From Octopus vulgaris (taxonomy: Eukaryota), in contig OX597825.1 in NCBI GenBank assembly GCA_951406725.2, positions 71,734,001 through 71,798,000 of the forward strand: DNA of 64,000 nucleotides, read 5' to 3'. Positions 12,070 to 25,063 of this stretch are shown piece by piece. Both the position numbers and the translations under genes were made by a program. How positions within the stretch are numbered: the first letter of the stretch is position 1; every line of letters begins with the position of its first letter. Under the pieces are notes generated by a model. That model made no database searches and had not been told where the DNA came from. It saw only the letters and a list, made by a program, of their open reading frames with translations.

Positions 12070-12110
12070 ACTAGCTGAAGGTGACCCGCTCTACGCGCGG
12101 GTAAGAGTGT
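12070..12110 (-). mobile_element. Helitron-like 3' terminus
   Basis: Minus strand ACCCGCGCGTAGAGCGGGT hairpin followed by CACCTTCAG-CTAG|T. Confidence 0.55.
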
Positions 12111-12134
12111 GATTGTTACTTTCTGTTGCTTCCT

Positions 12135-12455
12135 TTCAGCACGTAAAAAGCACCATCCGAACGTGGCCGATTGCAGCGCCGCCTTGACTGGCTTCTGTGC
12201 CGGTGGCACGTAAAAAGCACCAACCGATCGTGGCCACTGTCAGTCCCCCTGGCACCTGTGCCGGCTGCACGAAAAAAGCACCCACTACACTCACAGAGTG
12301 GTTGGCGTTAGGAAGGGCATCCAGCTGTAGAAACACTGCCAGATCAGACTGGAGCCTGGTGCAGCCTCCTGGCTTCCCAGACCCCGGTCAAACTGTCCAA
12401 CCCGTGCTAGCACGGAAAACGGACGTTAAACGATGATGATGATGATGATGATGAT
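12135..12455 (+). mobile_element. RTE-related (Ceph-SINE-like) element, 5'-truncated, (GAT)n tail
   Basis: GCACG(T/A)AAAA(A)GCACC x3, GGTTGGCGTTAGGAAGGGCATCCAGCTGTAGAAAC, and GGAAAACGGACGTTAAACGATGATGAT end. Confidence 0.7.
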
Positions 12456-12744
12456 TCTCACTCTTTGTTTCTCTCTCCTTTCTCTCTCACTTTCCCACTC
12501 TCTTACTCTTCCTTTCTCTCGGACTCTCCCTCGCTTTCTCTTACTCTTTATTTTTATCTATCTCTCTCCCATTTATAAACAACAAAAGATCTTGAGTAAG
12601 TTGAGAAATAAAATATTTAGAAAGATCAATCATAAATATCAGGCAGTAACAACGGAAAGGTCTGCTTCAAGGCAGACAGCAAAACACTAACATTTAAAAG
12701 GGACAGACGAACTTGCGAGCTGAATAAAAATAATAAAATATTGG

Positions 12745-13030
12745 AAACCAAAGTTTGAAGGGATAGAATGTGAGGATAGTAGAGTCACCATGGCTGGCAT
12801 TTCTTAACGACGGACAGCAACGTTTTGACAGTTTAACGGCTGGCGTAAAATTTTGAACTTGATGTAAAAGAAAATCCCTAAACACCAAGTTTTGAAGTGA
12901 TTCTTTCTCACGACAGTAGACTCACCATGGCAAGCATTCAAAACTTCTTCATCATGGACGGCAACACATTGACGATTAAAAGGCTGGCGCAAATTTTTTA
13001 GCTTGATGTAACAGAGAATTCCTAAACATC
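12745..13030. repeat. ~140-bp imperfect tandem duplication
   Basis: ACCAA(A)GTTT..GTAGA.TCACCATGG..GCATT..GGAC.GCAAC..GGCTGGCG.AAA.TTTT..CTTGATGTAA..CCTAAACA present twice. Confidence 0.7.
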
Positions 13031-13074
13031 CGCTCCTTTAAATTCCAGCACTTACATTTTTAAGCCTAGTTCTT

Positions 13075-13430
13075 AGTCCATTGTTCTTTTTTTTTTATCT
13101 AATCGCTATATTACGGGGACGCAAACAAACCAACAGTGGTTGTCAAGCAGTAGCGAGGGACAAGGGGAACAAACACGAAGATACAAATGCATATATATAT
13201 ATATATACACACAACATTCACACACACACACACGCAAGTACACGCACACAAACACACACACACACACTCACACACACGGTAGTCTTTTCTGGTTTCTGTC
13301 GATCAGACCCACACATAAGGCTTTGGTCGGCCCGAAGTTATAGTAGAAGACACTTGCCCAAGGAAATGCCGCGTAGTGGGACTGAACCCAAGACCATGCG
13401 ATTGTGAAGCAAATTCTTTACCACACATTA
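13075..13430 (-). mobile_element. SINE family D, degenerate
   Basis: GGCTTTGGTCGGCCCGA..TATAGTAGAAGACACTTGCCCAAGG..GTGGGACTGAACCC with internal (CA)n. Confidence 0.75.
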
Positions 13431-13958
13431 TTATTTTAAATTTCTGTATCCGTAAACTATCTCCCCATCAAAATTATGCATGTATTCTTTAAGCTATTCA
13501 CAGATCAGGTATCTCTGTGTTGGCTACACTCAGCTGAAGAAATCTAATAACACCAAAACATGGCCAGTTGTCCCTGTACATGTACCAAAGAGAAGACTCT
13601 CTCTCAACCCTTCCTGGCATGATTTAATTTTAAGCTGATTGAAACGTCAGTAGTTCTCTCCCTTGCTTCATCTGAGAATAACTTTTAAAATTTCTGCGCA
13701 TTATAATTACAATTCACTAAAAACTATTAGCCGTTTACCATGATAGATATAGTAATCTGTACTTAACCATATTAGATAAAGCTTGGCCGAGTGATAAGAT
13801 AGCTCTTGATCACACCATTAAAGGGGTTGTATGTACGAAACTCGATGGCTTGTGTACATGTGTTTATGTGCGTGAGTATGCGTTTAAATATGTGGATATA
13901 TATATCGAAGGTTGAATTTGAGCTGTAAAAATTTTATAGTGGCATCTTGTAATAATGT

Positions 13959-14445
13959 GGAGGCGCTTGGCTTAGTGGTTAGGGTGTCAGCACCATGATT
14001 GTAAGATTGCGGTTTCGATTCCTGGACCGGGTGGCGCGTTGTGTTTTGAGCAAAACACTGCATTTCACGTTGCTCCAGTCCACTCAGCTGGCAAAAATGA
14101 GTAACGCTGCGATGGACTGGCGTCCCTTCCATCTGGGGAACACATACGCCATTGAAACCGGGAAACCGGGCCCATGAACCTGGCTAGGCTTTAAAAGGGC
14201 GCGAGTAGAGGCGCGTGGCTTAGTGGTTAGGGTGTCAGCATCATGATCGTAAGATTGCGGTTTCGATTCCTGGATCGGGCGACGCGTTGTGTTCTTGAGC
14301 AAAACACTTCATTTAACGTTGCTCCAGTCCACTCAGCTGGCAAAAATGAGTAACTCTGCGATGGACTGGCGTCCCATCCAGCAGGTGAACACATACGCCA
14401 TTGAAACCAGGCCCATGAACCTGGATAGCCTTTAAAAGGGCGCAT
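13959..14445 (+). mobile_element. head-to-tail dimer of tRNA-derived SINE family C (V-domain-like)
   Basis: Two ~245-bp copies starting GAGGCGC.TGGCTTAGTGGTTAGGG; CTGCGATGGACTGGCGTCCC..GAAACC resembles the V-SINE domain. Confidence 0.8.
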
Positions 14446-14633
14446 TTATTATTTTTTAAAATCTTGTAATAATACCTATAGCAATGGCGGTGATGTACAA
14501 ACGTTTCTGGTTGCTGCTGTTGAGCCTCGCTTGGTTAGTTTTATTTTATTTCTAGTTTTAGAAAGCCTGTTCTCTTCGGTGTCTATGTTTTCTTACAAAA
14601 GAAAATTACTATTTGTAAATCTCTCAACGAGAG

Positions 14634-14817
14634 ATATTCAGCAATAGTTCTCAAGAGTAAAGATTGTTTGCCAACATAACAATCTCTACTCTATATATTC
14701 AGCAATAGTTCTCAAGAGTAAAGATTGTTTGCCAACATAACAATCTCTACTCTATATATTCAGCAATAGTTCTCAAGAGTAAAGATTGTTTGCCAACATA
14801 ACAATCTCTACTCTATA
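14634..14817. repeat. 61-bp perfect tandem repeat x3 with internal hairpin
   Basis: AGCAATAGTTCTC recurs at 14640, 14701 and 14762. Confidence 0.95.
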
Positions 14818-15225
14818 TGTTTTCTAATTAAAACATTTCTGTTTCATATGGATTATAAATTCCATTAAACAGTACAAAATTATGTGATCTTATTTAACGT
14901 TATAATAAATATTTTCAGTTTTGACTAATTTCATTTTCTTGCCTGTATTATAAACACTTCCTACTGAAAGATAAACAGGCTTCATGACTTTATTTACGAT
15001 TCCATCAGCATATCTCATTCTGCAATACTTCCTCTTCGTTGCCCAAATACTATTTTTTAGTGCCATAAACACCTACGCACCTTCTACATGCTATGTTTAC
15101 TTGTTTAAATTCCTATTTGTTTGTGGTGTAAATGCCTATTTGAGTGCCATAAATGCCTTAATTGCCTGTCATACATGCCTCTTTTAAATTGTCTTAATGT
15201 CTTGTCCTTAGTTATATGTTTCCTT

Positions 15226-15660
15226 ATTTCTTTATTGCCCACAAGGGGCTAAACATAGAGGGGACAAACAAGGACAGACAAATGGATTAAGTCGATTATA
15301 TCGACCCCAGAGCGTAACTGGTACTTATTTAATCGATCCCGAAAGGATGAAAGGCAAAGTCGACCTCGGCGAAATTTGAACTCAGAACGTAAAGACAGCC
15401 GAAATACCTATTTCTTTATTGCCCACAAGGGGCTAAACACAGAGAGGACGAACAAGGACAGACAAACGGATGAAGTCGATTATATCGACCCCAGTGCGCA
15501 ACTGGTACTTATTTAATCGACCCCGAAGGGATGAAAGGCAAATCAACCTCGGCGGAATTTGAACTCAGAACGTAACGGCAGACGAAATACTGCTAAGCAT
15601 TTCGCCCGGCGTCGCCCGGCGTGCGCCCGGCGTGCTAACGTTTCTGCCAGCTCGCCGCCT
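15226..15660 (-). mobile_element. SINE family A (tRNA head + Meta-like domain), dimer
   Basis: Head GGCGGCGAGCTGGCAGAAACGTTAGCACG, B-box GAGTTCAAATTCC, core GCCTTTCATCCTTTCGGGGTCGAT; body present twice. Confidence 0.85.
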
Positions 15661-16287
15661 TATATGTTTCCGGCATGTATAATTTAATTTAATATCAGTT
15701 GCATTGAAATTTTCTGGGTTCATTCCTTTGTCTCTATCTGATGATAATTTCATCAGCTACAAACTGTACCTTCACTACAGCTATAATCTCAATGGGCCAA
15801 AAATTTGTTTCCATTCACATCAGATATGTTAAACTATTCATTATATTAACTATATTAGATATAATCCCGGTCAAGTGATAAGATAAGATAAAATGTATAT
15901 ATCACACCATTGAAGTAGTTGTATTAATGATATCTATTTATGTGTGTGTATGAGTGTAGCTGTGTGTTTAGGCGTGGGTATGTGAATGAAGGTGAGTGTG
16001 TGTATAAGTGTGGGTGTATATGAATGTTCGTATTTATGTGGGGTTTTTTTGCGTGTATATATAATTTCATGTATTCATACATGTACGAATTTCTGCTGCC
16101 TTGTATGCCTGCACATATGGCGCGCGCGTGTATATATCTAATATAATAAATGGGAAAACTAATTTCTGTGTGGCAGTGTGTCACACTTCGAACCCCTCTC
16201 TCACTATTCATTGACACTCCTTCTATTGCTCATACTGGGGTGAGAGTAATAGTAGGCAATAGAGACGGTGAGGGCAGTGGCGGAGTC

Positions 16288-16326
<39 letters not shown>

Positions 16327-16974
16327 AAGAAAAAAAGAGAGGGAGAGAAAGAGAGACAAAGAAATTTAGGAAGAGTGTAGGTGACAGTGGGAATAATAAT
16401 AAAAGAGAGAGAAGGAGTGGGTATGTGAGGGAAAGAGAGACTGAACCCTGAACCAACATACTGAACGAAGGTAATAGGGTGATAGTAATAGTATGAGCTG
16501 TAGTTGTGATAGAAGCAGAGGCGGCGGTGATGATGGTGGTGGTGGTGGTAGCCGAGGCGGTCAGGGATGGCGGTTTGAGTAAGGGATGTGAAAGACAGTG
16601 GTGATGGTGGTGGAGGGGAAGGCAACGAAGTCAAAGGCATTGATGCTGGTGGCATCAGCAGTCTGAAAGATCTGTGAGAGTGGCAGATGTGGTGGCCATG
16701 GTGGTAGTACTGTTGTTTAGCATGCAGCTTTGCAATAAGTTAGAAGTCGAGAAATTATATCACTGTTTAGATGAAAATTGTTCATTGCTTAAAAAGTATT
16801 GTTCAAGTTTAATAAAATTTAGTATGTACTCAATGCATGAAGTATCATTGTTGAGCACAAGGTCTAATGAAGAGCCCTCCACAGGAGCTGGCTTAAAAGC
16901 CGCCCGACAGAGCGACTTTTAAACCAGTATATATATATATATATATATGGAGAGAGAGAGAGAGAGAGAGAGAA

Positions 16975-17150
16975 AATTCACAAAAACAAAAGACGAAGAC
17001 AGGTGGTGTAGACAACACACAGATGCATTAGTTTAGCGCCCGGGAAGTGAAAAAGTCTTTAACGTTTCGAGCCTACGCTCTTTCACAGAAAGGAACACTA
17101 AAAGAAACAAGGAAAGAAAATACAGAAAGTGTAGTGACTAGCGATCCATC

Positions 17151-17152
<2 letters not shown>
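16975..17152 (-). mobile_element. Penelope-like short repeat with minimal hammerhead-like motif
   Basis: Minus strand CTTT-CTGTGAAA-GAGCGTAGGCTC-GAAACGTT-AAAG; homologous to 37445-37630. Confidence 0.6.
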
Positions 17153-17192
<40 letters not shown>

Positions 17193-17877
17193 ATGCTTTT
17201 GTATGTATGTACATTACTCATGACTGTAAATCCGACAATATATATGTTCTCAGACCTACGGTTAAGGAATATATATATCTTGATTCCAACACTTATGTGG
17301 AAAACCTGACTGTCAGGCTGTGAGAGAAATGTAGGAATGCTAAAATATTTTTTCTTTGCTTTTGCTTTGTTGAAAAAAAAAGAGAATAAATAAACGGATT
17401 TCAGGTTTTGCTGTTCATCTCTCAAATAAGACAAACCCAGTTTTCTCCCCGATTCAACGGCAATATATTCATACAAAGATGTAAATACATGTAGGTGAAT
17501 ACAGGCATGCTTATGCACATGCAGTATGTGAAGATGCATGCAGAGTGTAGCTAAAAGGATAAAAGGAAAAATTGGTGTGTGCAGTATTTGAACTCGTGTT
17601 CTTATGTAATAAGGACGATTACTCGATATGGCCTTGTATGATAACAATAGTGACTAGCTAAAAAAACAAAAAAATGAGATTAAGAAGTCACAGTTTGACA
17701 AAAAAATGAGATCAAGAAGTCACAGTTTGACAAAAAAAATGGCATTCACATTGCTGACACAGCTTTCATGGCTAATTGTCACATGTCATGAGGTGATAAT
17801 AACGAATTGTTATCTTGATAAGAGAATTTTCAAAATCGTTTAAACACGAGACAAAATACAAGTTAATATTGTAAAGT

Positions 17878-19030
17878 ACAAGTACCCTTGTTACATAAAC
17901 TCGTTACATAAACTCGTTACGGAATTCCGCCCTAACGGAGATTACAAAATATGGTCGCTAATTTTGGGTGACGACTAGTAATTCCGCCATTAAGGAAGCT
18001 TACTCAAATTTTAACGAATTTAAATGCCATATTTTTCCAGCATACAAGTCGACGTAGTATATAGTATAAACATGTAGCGTAAGCATTCACAAATCGTAAT
18101 TATCTTTCTAAATCCTGCTGCATTTCACATGGAAATTTTGTTCTCCAAAGTTGTCTTGGTGTAAAAGTTAATCTACCTTTTTTTTTTTGGCTATAAATTT
18201 TGGTCTGAAAAATTCGATTTGTATGCCTGAAATTTGTTTTCGAATATAGTCAGTATTCATCCATTCTTTCATCCATCTCACCACCTTGTTCAACCGGGCT
18301 GGACCGTTCCATTAACTTCATTAAAAAGATACTTCCCGCGATTCACTCTTCTATTTCTCCTCTATATTTTTATGTTCAAATCAAGAAGACAAATTGAGAA
18401 CAAATTTTTGCTGATGCACAATGTTGAACATTTACTTCAATTCTACTTGTTTTACCATTCGGTGGCGATTTCTTGTCTATTACTGTTAAATTTAAATACC
18501 CACGTATAAAGTTATAGTGTATTCGCCTTATCCAAGATGACTAGAAAGAGACCAAGTGGAAGTGTCCGTAATAGTGTGATCATGACTCGCAAAAAGGATT
18601 ATGTTGGTGGGCATTAATCAATGTTTTATAAAGGTTTGATGCGGTAGAAAACCCAGCCATAATACAAAACATATTAATGTCTATTATGGAAATAATACGT
18701 GGCGATAAAGATAAAATTAGGTAGAGAACTAAAACAATCATTTCGTTAAATGTCCAGATCTTGTTCCGGCACTGATCTGAAATCAAACCCAGTATGGAGC
18801 GGCTTTTGGCTGAGGGTATTAACGATCAGATTGGATCTAATACTCAGATAAACACAACGGACAGTCGAACGAAATGTAAAAACTTATATGACGATCAGCA
18901 AGAAAGTGGTCGGTGAACCTTCTGGTATCAAACACTTTCTTGCGAGTAAAGGCTGGCTTGCAAGTTTTAAGGGTTGTCTTGATTTGCATAAAATTGAAAT
19001 AATCAGTGAAGTTACTAGTGCTGATACTAA
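17878..19030 (+). mobile_element. degenerate Tigger/pogo transposon fragment
   Basis: Peptides IIRGDKDKIR, MERLLAEGINDQ and FLASKGWLASFKGCLDLHKIEIISEVTSAD match CENP-B-type HTH domains of Tigger transposases; TIR-like AGTACCCTTGTTACATA at ~17881. Confidence 0.7.
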
Positions 19031-19230
19031 TTATTCTGAACTGAAGAAAAATTACACTGTGTTACAAAATTTTGCAAAAGCTTTGATTATCCTAATTTTT
19101 TAGAGTGTTTATTATGCAAATTTTCACGCCCATCCCGAAAATGATCTTACGTTTTCCCTACCATCAATCCTTTTGGGGATATATGAAATTACGCTAATTA
19201 TCATCAAATGTAATGTTTAGGGGAAGGACC

Positions 19231-20470
19231 CACTGCTCATTTGTTCGAACAAAGTAAGGGTCACCTAAAATCGTGAAAGGTGCTAAATACTGGAATGTTT
19301 ATAGACGCTTCTTTGGAAAGAGTTTGAGTGACCAAGATAAGTCTTGTCCCCACCCCCATGTAATATATGGAAGTTATCGATTTAGTTTAGAAGGATGGCT
19401 AAAAGGTACAAGAGCCATGCCATTTGTTATTCCAAGAGTATAGCGAGAGTCAAAAAAACCCCATCACGATGATTGCTATTCTTGGATGACTGACGTAACA
19501 AAGTACCAAAAAGTTAAAGGAAAACAAGCACTAAAGTATCCCAGCATACCATCCTCTTATTTCTTTATTGCCCACAAGGGGTTAAGCATAGAGGTGACAA
19601 ACAAGGACAGACAGAGGGATTAAGTCGATTACATCAACCCCAGTGCATAACTGGTACTTAATTTATCGACCCCGAAAGGATGAAAGGCAAAGTCGACCTC
19701 GGCGGAATTTGAACTCAAAACGTAACGGCAGACGAAATACCTATTTCTTTACTACCCACAAGGGGTTAAACACAGAGAGGATAATCAAGGACAGACAAAG
19801 GGATTAAGTCGATTACATCGACCGCAGTGCATAACTGGTACTTAATTTATCAACCCCCGAAAGGATGAAAAGCAAAGTCGACCTCGGCGGAATTTGAACT
19901 CAGAACGTAACGGCAGACGAAATACTGCTGAGCATTTCGCCCGTCGTGCTAATGATTCTGCCAGCTCGCCGCCTTAGCATACCATCCTCTATTGCACATG
20001 TACTACATGATAACAAGCTACTAGTACCACAACCATCAGAAAATGTAAGAAAATCCCATCACAACGTTCAAATCGAATTTAAATTTCATATGCAAGATAA
20101 AACAATCAAAATTCAAAGGTTAAAAACATTTAGTTACGTTTTCTTTTAATGTTATGGTTACTAATAAAACTTATTCTATGCTTCAAGTTATATGTAAACA
20201 TTTTATCATGTCAGCTAAAAGATATTATAGAGGTGTCATGAGAAGAGTCCGAAGGTATAATCAACCAAGAAATGGACGAAGGTTCGAACCAAAAATGAGT
20301 ACCCGCCCCAGTTTCCAAATCAACGCGAACTGGATGATCTCATCAGTGACTTAGGCCTGACCAAGCCAGGAGCTGAACTTTTAGCATCCAGGCTGAAGGA
20401 ATGGAATTTATTGAGGGAGGACTGCAAGCCAACAGTGTACAGGAAGCGACATGGCCTATTGCATCATCTG
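19231..20470 (+). mobile_element. degenerate DNA transposon fragment, Chapaev3-like, interrupted by a SINE
   Basis: FFGKSLSDQDKS, LEGWLKGTRAMPFVIPRV*RE, HHDDCY, KYPSIPSSIAHV, ELDDLISDLGLTKPGAELLASRLKEWNLL; superfamily assigned from recall of the family's N-terminal motifs. Confidence 0.6.
19558..19975 (-). mobile_element. SINE family A dimer with target-site duplication
   Basis: Flanked on both sides by AGCATACCATCCTCT. Confidence 0.9.
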
Positions 20471-20536
20471 CCAGGAGGTATTTCGACAAGCAATCTTCGT
20501 GGTAAGCTGCTAGCATGACATACAACAGTGGATATA

Positions 20537-20919
20537 TGGAAGCACTCCGTCGGTTACGACGATGAGGGTTCCGGTTGATCCGAATCAACGGAACAGCCTG
20601 CTCGTGAAATTAACGTGTAAGTGGCTGAGCACTCCACAGACACGTGCACCCTTAACGTAGTTCTCGGGGATATTCAGCGTGACACAGAGAGTGACAAGGC
20701 CGGCCCCTTGAAATACAGGTATAACAGAAACAGGAAGTAAGAGTGAGAGAAAGTTGTGGTGAAAGAGTACGGCAGGGATCACCACCATCCCCTGCCGGAG
20801 CCTCGTGGAGCTTTTAGGTGTTTTCGCTCAATAAACACTCACAACGCCCGGTCTGGGAATCGAAACCGCGATCCTATGACCGCGAGTCCGCTGCCCTAAC
20901 CACTGGGCCATTGCGCCTC
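20537..20919 (-). mobile_element. SINE family B, tail type 2, young full-length copy
   Basis: Two internal mismatches versus 27471-27855; flanking direct repeat GACATACAACAGT. Confidence 0.9.
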
Positions 20920-21064
20920 TACGACATACAACAGTATTACATTCCTGGAATGAGTTTAGTCTTTGAAATTTGTCCAGAGGCTGCCCGAAATTTAAATGGG
21001 TTATTAAAATACTTCATTTAAAAATATTTTCAAAACGTAGCAGGAGGTTTCAAATGCTATATAA

Positions 21065-21650
21065 CTTTCTTTTACTCGTTTCAGTCATTGACTTGCGGCC
21101 ATACTGGAGCGCCTCTTTCAAGTATCTGTAATCGAATAAATTAACCCCAGTACTATTTTTTTTAATTATGTCTATTCTAATTGTCTCTTTTGCCGAAACG
21201 CTGAGTTACGAAGACGTAAATAAACCAACAACGAACAAATAGATACCAGGACTTGTTTTTAAGCCTAGTGCATATTCTCTCGGTATCTTTTGCAAAACTG
21301 CTCGGCTACAGGGACGCAAACATACCAACACCAATTGTCAGACGGTGATGGGGGAACAAACACAGACGCAAAGGCACACATGCATAGATATATATACATA
21401 AATATATAAACAAGCTTCTTTCATTTTCCGTCAAGCGGTGCTGACGATGCGATAAACGCGCGCGAGCAGACACACAGACAGATACACACAGCGGACTTCC
21501 ACCGTTTCAGTTTACCAAATACATTCACCAGGAAATGGTCGGCCGGGGATAATACTGGGAGACACTTGTCCAACATACCGCGCAATGGAACCGAATCCAA
21601 AAATACGCGGCTGCAAAGCGAACTTCTTAAACTATAGAGCCATGCCAGTT
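21065..21650 (-). mobile_element. SINE family D, degenerate and partly duplicated
   Basis: TTTCAGTCATTGACTTGCGGCCATACTGGAGC, CTCTTTTGCCGAA, GACACTTGTCCAA. Confidence 0.65.
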
Positions 21651-21820
21651 GTAAAATAATTTTATGCGTAAAATCAAATAAATAAATAAATAAATAAAAA
21701 TATAATGTTGGGTGGCTAATTATATTTCACACGAAGTACGCAGAGATTATATAGTCAAACAAGCTGCCAGCGGGCAGAAAGGTTAGCGCGTCGGACAAAA
21801 TGCTTAGCGGTATTTTTTTC

Positions 21821-22049
21821 GGCGGCGAGCTGGCAGAAACGTTAGCACGCCGGGCGAAATGCTTAGCGGTATTTCGTCTGCGTTACGTTGTGAGTTCAAA
21901 TTCCGCCGAGGTCGACTTTGCCTTTCATCCTTTCGGGGTCGATAAATTAAGTACCAGTTACGAACTGGGGTCGATGTAATCGACTTTATACCTATGTCTG
22001 TCCTTGTTTGTTCCCTTTGTGTTTAGCCCCTTGTGGGTAATAAAGAAAT
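21821..22049 (+). mobile_element. SINE family A nested in an older copy (21765-22185)
   Basis: Full head and body; TATTTTTT flanks on both sides. Confidence 0.85.
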
Positions 22050-23220
22050 GTATTTTTTCCGAGTTCAAATGAGATCAACTTTGCCTTCCAGACTTTCGTG
22101 TTCGATAAAATAAAGTACCAGTCAAGAACTAGGGTAGATGAAATCGACTTACCCCCACTTCCTCAAAACCGGTGGCTTTGAACCCTGCAACGAACAAGTG
22201 TCCGATTGAGGGGGGAAATGTTGTGACCTCGGTCACCTATACGCCAGGGAACCCGAGTAGCCGGCCTTCAAATCTTGCTTACCAACCACATGGTTCCGGG
22301 TTCAGTCGTGATACCTTGGGAAAGTGTTAATGCCCCTCCCACCGCTTGACCATCAGTGTTAGTTTTGTTTACATCCCCTAAGTTAGCAGTTCGGCAAAAG
22401 AGACCGGTAGAATAAGACCCAGATATATAAAAATAAGTAGTGGAGTCGATCTGTTCTACTGAAATCCTTCAAGGCCTTGCTCCAGCATGGCAGATGCCCG
22501 ATGACAAATAAGTCAAAGCTAAAAGATGCATGCGTGCACACACGTGCATATATGAAGGTATTAAGCAGAGATTGGAGTAAGAAAGAAAAATATCTTGATG
22601 CGATAAACCGGCGTTTCTGTATCTCCGTTTATTCCTCCCAAATCCATTCCAACCTTGCCTCTTTAAATCTATTTTGACTCATCTTCGTTTTACTCCGAGT
22701 GGCGGGGGACATCAAACTCGGTTTCTCTTTTCGTTCATGTATAACTAACGATTATATCTAGGATAATGTCATTGTTTCGTTCATAACACTCGTAACACTG
22801 GCTTTAGTGGCCACGTAAAAAGTATTTTCATATACATTTCATCTTTCAATTACAGAAAAGTGAAAATTATAGCAGTTGTTTGAATTTCAAGAGTATTTTT
22901 GGGTCGGTGCATAATTGAGGCTTATTTTTTTTTTTCCAACAAAAATAATATTTAACAAAAACATCTTTAAATGACGGTCTGGCCGTCTGACAAGCAAATG
23001 GGAAGCAGTAATTGAAGTAGATGGTGAATATGCTCCGGAATAATCATTTAAAGGAAGGAGCATTAACACAGGCACGAAAGCAGACATATTTAGCGAACTT
23101 CTACGCAGTTTGTCAATCAAATTCACTCACAAAGCATGATCGGCCAAGGACACTTGCCCAGCAAGCTCCTTTACCGTGCACCCATGCCTGCGCATTATAT
23201 ATATATATATATATATATAT

Positions 23221-23546
23221 AAGATAATACCATAGGTATTGATGTATATTGTTTTATTCTGTTAGATTTGGATGTTCCTATTTAATCTAAATAATCAGTT
23301 AATAAATTATATGAATTGGTATTATCTGGAAGTTGATGATTGAAAGAAATCTATTCCTCCATTTTCTTATTTTGTATTATGAATTTGAGGTAAAACATTT
23401 TACCTTCGCCCATATAATACAATAAATGAATTAATTGCAATTCTTAGCATTTATGTATTAGCCTTCTGGGTACTTTACTGGCAGTATATTGGATAAATGA
23501 TATCCAATAGTGGGTTACACTCATAACCCCTATCTCACTTTGTACT

Positions 23547-23550
<4 letters not shown>
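23221..23550 (-). mobile_element. partial copy of the 4521-5310 element
   Basis: Reverse complement of ~4521-4840, e.g. GAATTTGAGGTAAAACATTTTACCTTCGCCCATA; (TA)n flanks. Confidence 0.85.
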
Positions 23551-23579
<29 letters not shown>

Positions 23580-23585
23580 ATGTAT

Positions 23586-23782
23586 GTAGGTCCCGGGTTG
23601 AGTCGGGGTTAACCACAGTAAATAAGGTACTCAATACATGGCAGAGTAAATTAATATATTTTATAGAAGGAGCTTCTACAGGACTAGAACTGTTTCATTC
23701 AAATGAAATCATCAGGAAGCTTCCTGATGATTTCATTTGAATGAAACAGTTCTAGTCCTGTAGAAGCTCCTTCTATAAAATA
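23586..23782. mobile_element. palindromic element with hammerhead-like motifs, copy 2
   Basis: Perfect 126-bp palindrome 23657-23782, core CTGATGA...GAAACAG...CTGTA; same leader as copy 1. Confidence 0.85.
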
Positions 23783-23787
23783 AATAA

Positions 23788-23820
<33 letters not shown>

Positions 23821-24309
23821 CGCGTACTATGTTTGGAATGCTGTAGTTATTGAAGCAGGGTTTTTGAGAACTATTTTCATAAAGTTAATAGTTTCAAATA
23901 GGGTTTTGTTACATGTTATTGTTGAATAAAATTTGTTGAAAAAGCTGCCGCAATAATTAAGCACCAACCCAATAACAATGGAAACAAATTGATTCATACT
24001 AGTTACTGAATTCAATGTGAGAGGGATTTGCATTTGACTCTCCCCAGTCTGACACAATGTTGTCGAAACCTTTGAACTTGCAAAGCATGCTTTAGCGAGT
24101 GCCATATCATTTGACTATATCCCTAGACAACGCGTGGTTTTGTGTTTACGGCACGCTAATCAGCAGAAACGCTATATTCAGTCGGAAACACAAAAATCAT
24201 GCGGTTGGCCGTTTTTTTGTTTTACTTCTTGTGGGTATATAGTCAAACGAAATCGTGCTTACAAAAACGTACTTTTGGGTTTAGAATTTAATAGATATTG
24301 AATTAGGAG

Positions 24310-24344
<35 letters not shown>

Positions 24345-25025
24345 CATTTGTGGAAGCAAGAAAATTTGGAATTCGGTGATGTTCATGCTCTGATTTTAAG
24401 GACTTTTGCTCACGACTACAACGCACAGTCTGGTTCAGTAAATTCGAACCACGATCTTACGATCCCGAGTATAACACCGAACTACTCGGCCCTTCAAATT
24501 AGTGTTTGAAAGATTTTTATACACTCCACAAAAAAGCGAAAGATTAAGTAGACCTCGGGACTAGAATTCAAAAATCGGAAGCCGGAATACAAAAAGAAAA
24601 TTCCAATTAGCAAAATTGGTTTATTTTCTACTTTACATAATTGTGCAAATAAGAACGAAGCTGAAGATAAAAATATGAAATTTAATGTTTTTGGGAATTT
24701 AATCGGTTTTTCAGCTAAATACGGAGTTATAGTTTATGGGGTAAATTATAACCTGGAACGATCCTCTAAAGGATTAAAAACTAATGAGATTTATACTTTT
24801 ATTTCTGGTAACAAAAGAGTTTTGGTTTAAAGAAAAAACATCTTTAAAATCTATTCAGCTTTTAAGTTTAAAATCTGTTGATGAAGTCACAACTTCAAGC
24901 AAGCTGAAATGGTGGTTTCCCAAAACTAGTCTACATTGAGAAAGTAATATTTGTACAACATTTATATAGAATTTGTTTAAAAATGAACAGTGCAACAAAG
25001 TTGCAAAATAATATCCTTTGAAATG

Positions 25026-25063
<38 letters not shown>

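Noticed and set aside
14634-14817. CRISPR-like look of the hairpin tandem repeats (also 26260-26548)
   Set aside because: No unique spacers, no cas genes, eukaryotic context
24050-24310. Weak inverted repeat (TTTGACTATAT / ATATAGTCAAA)
   Set aside because: Probably an eroded MITE; ends cannot be defined
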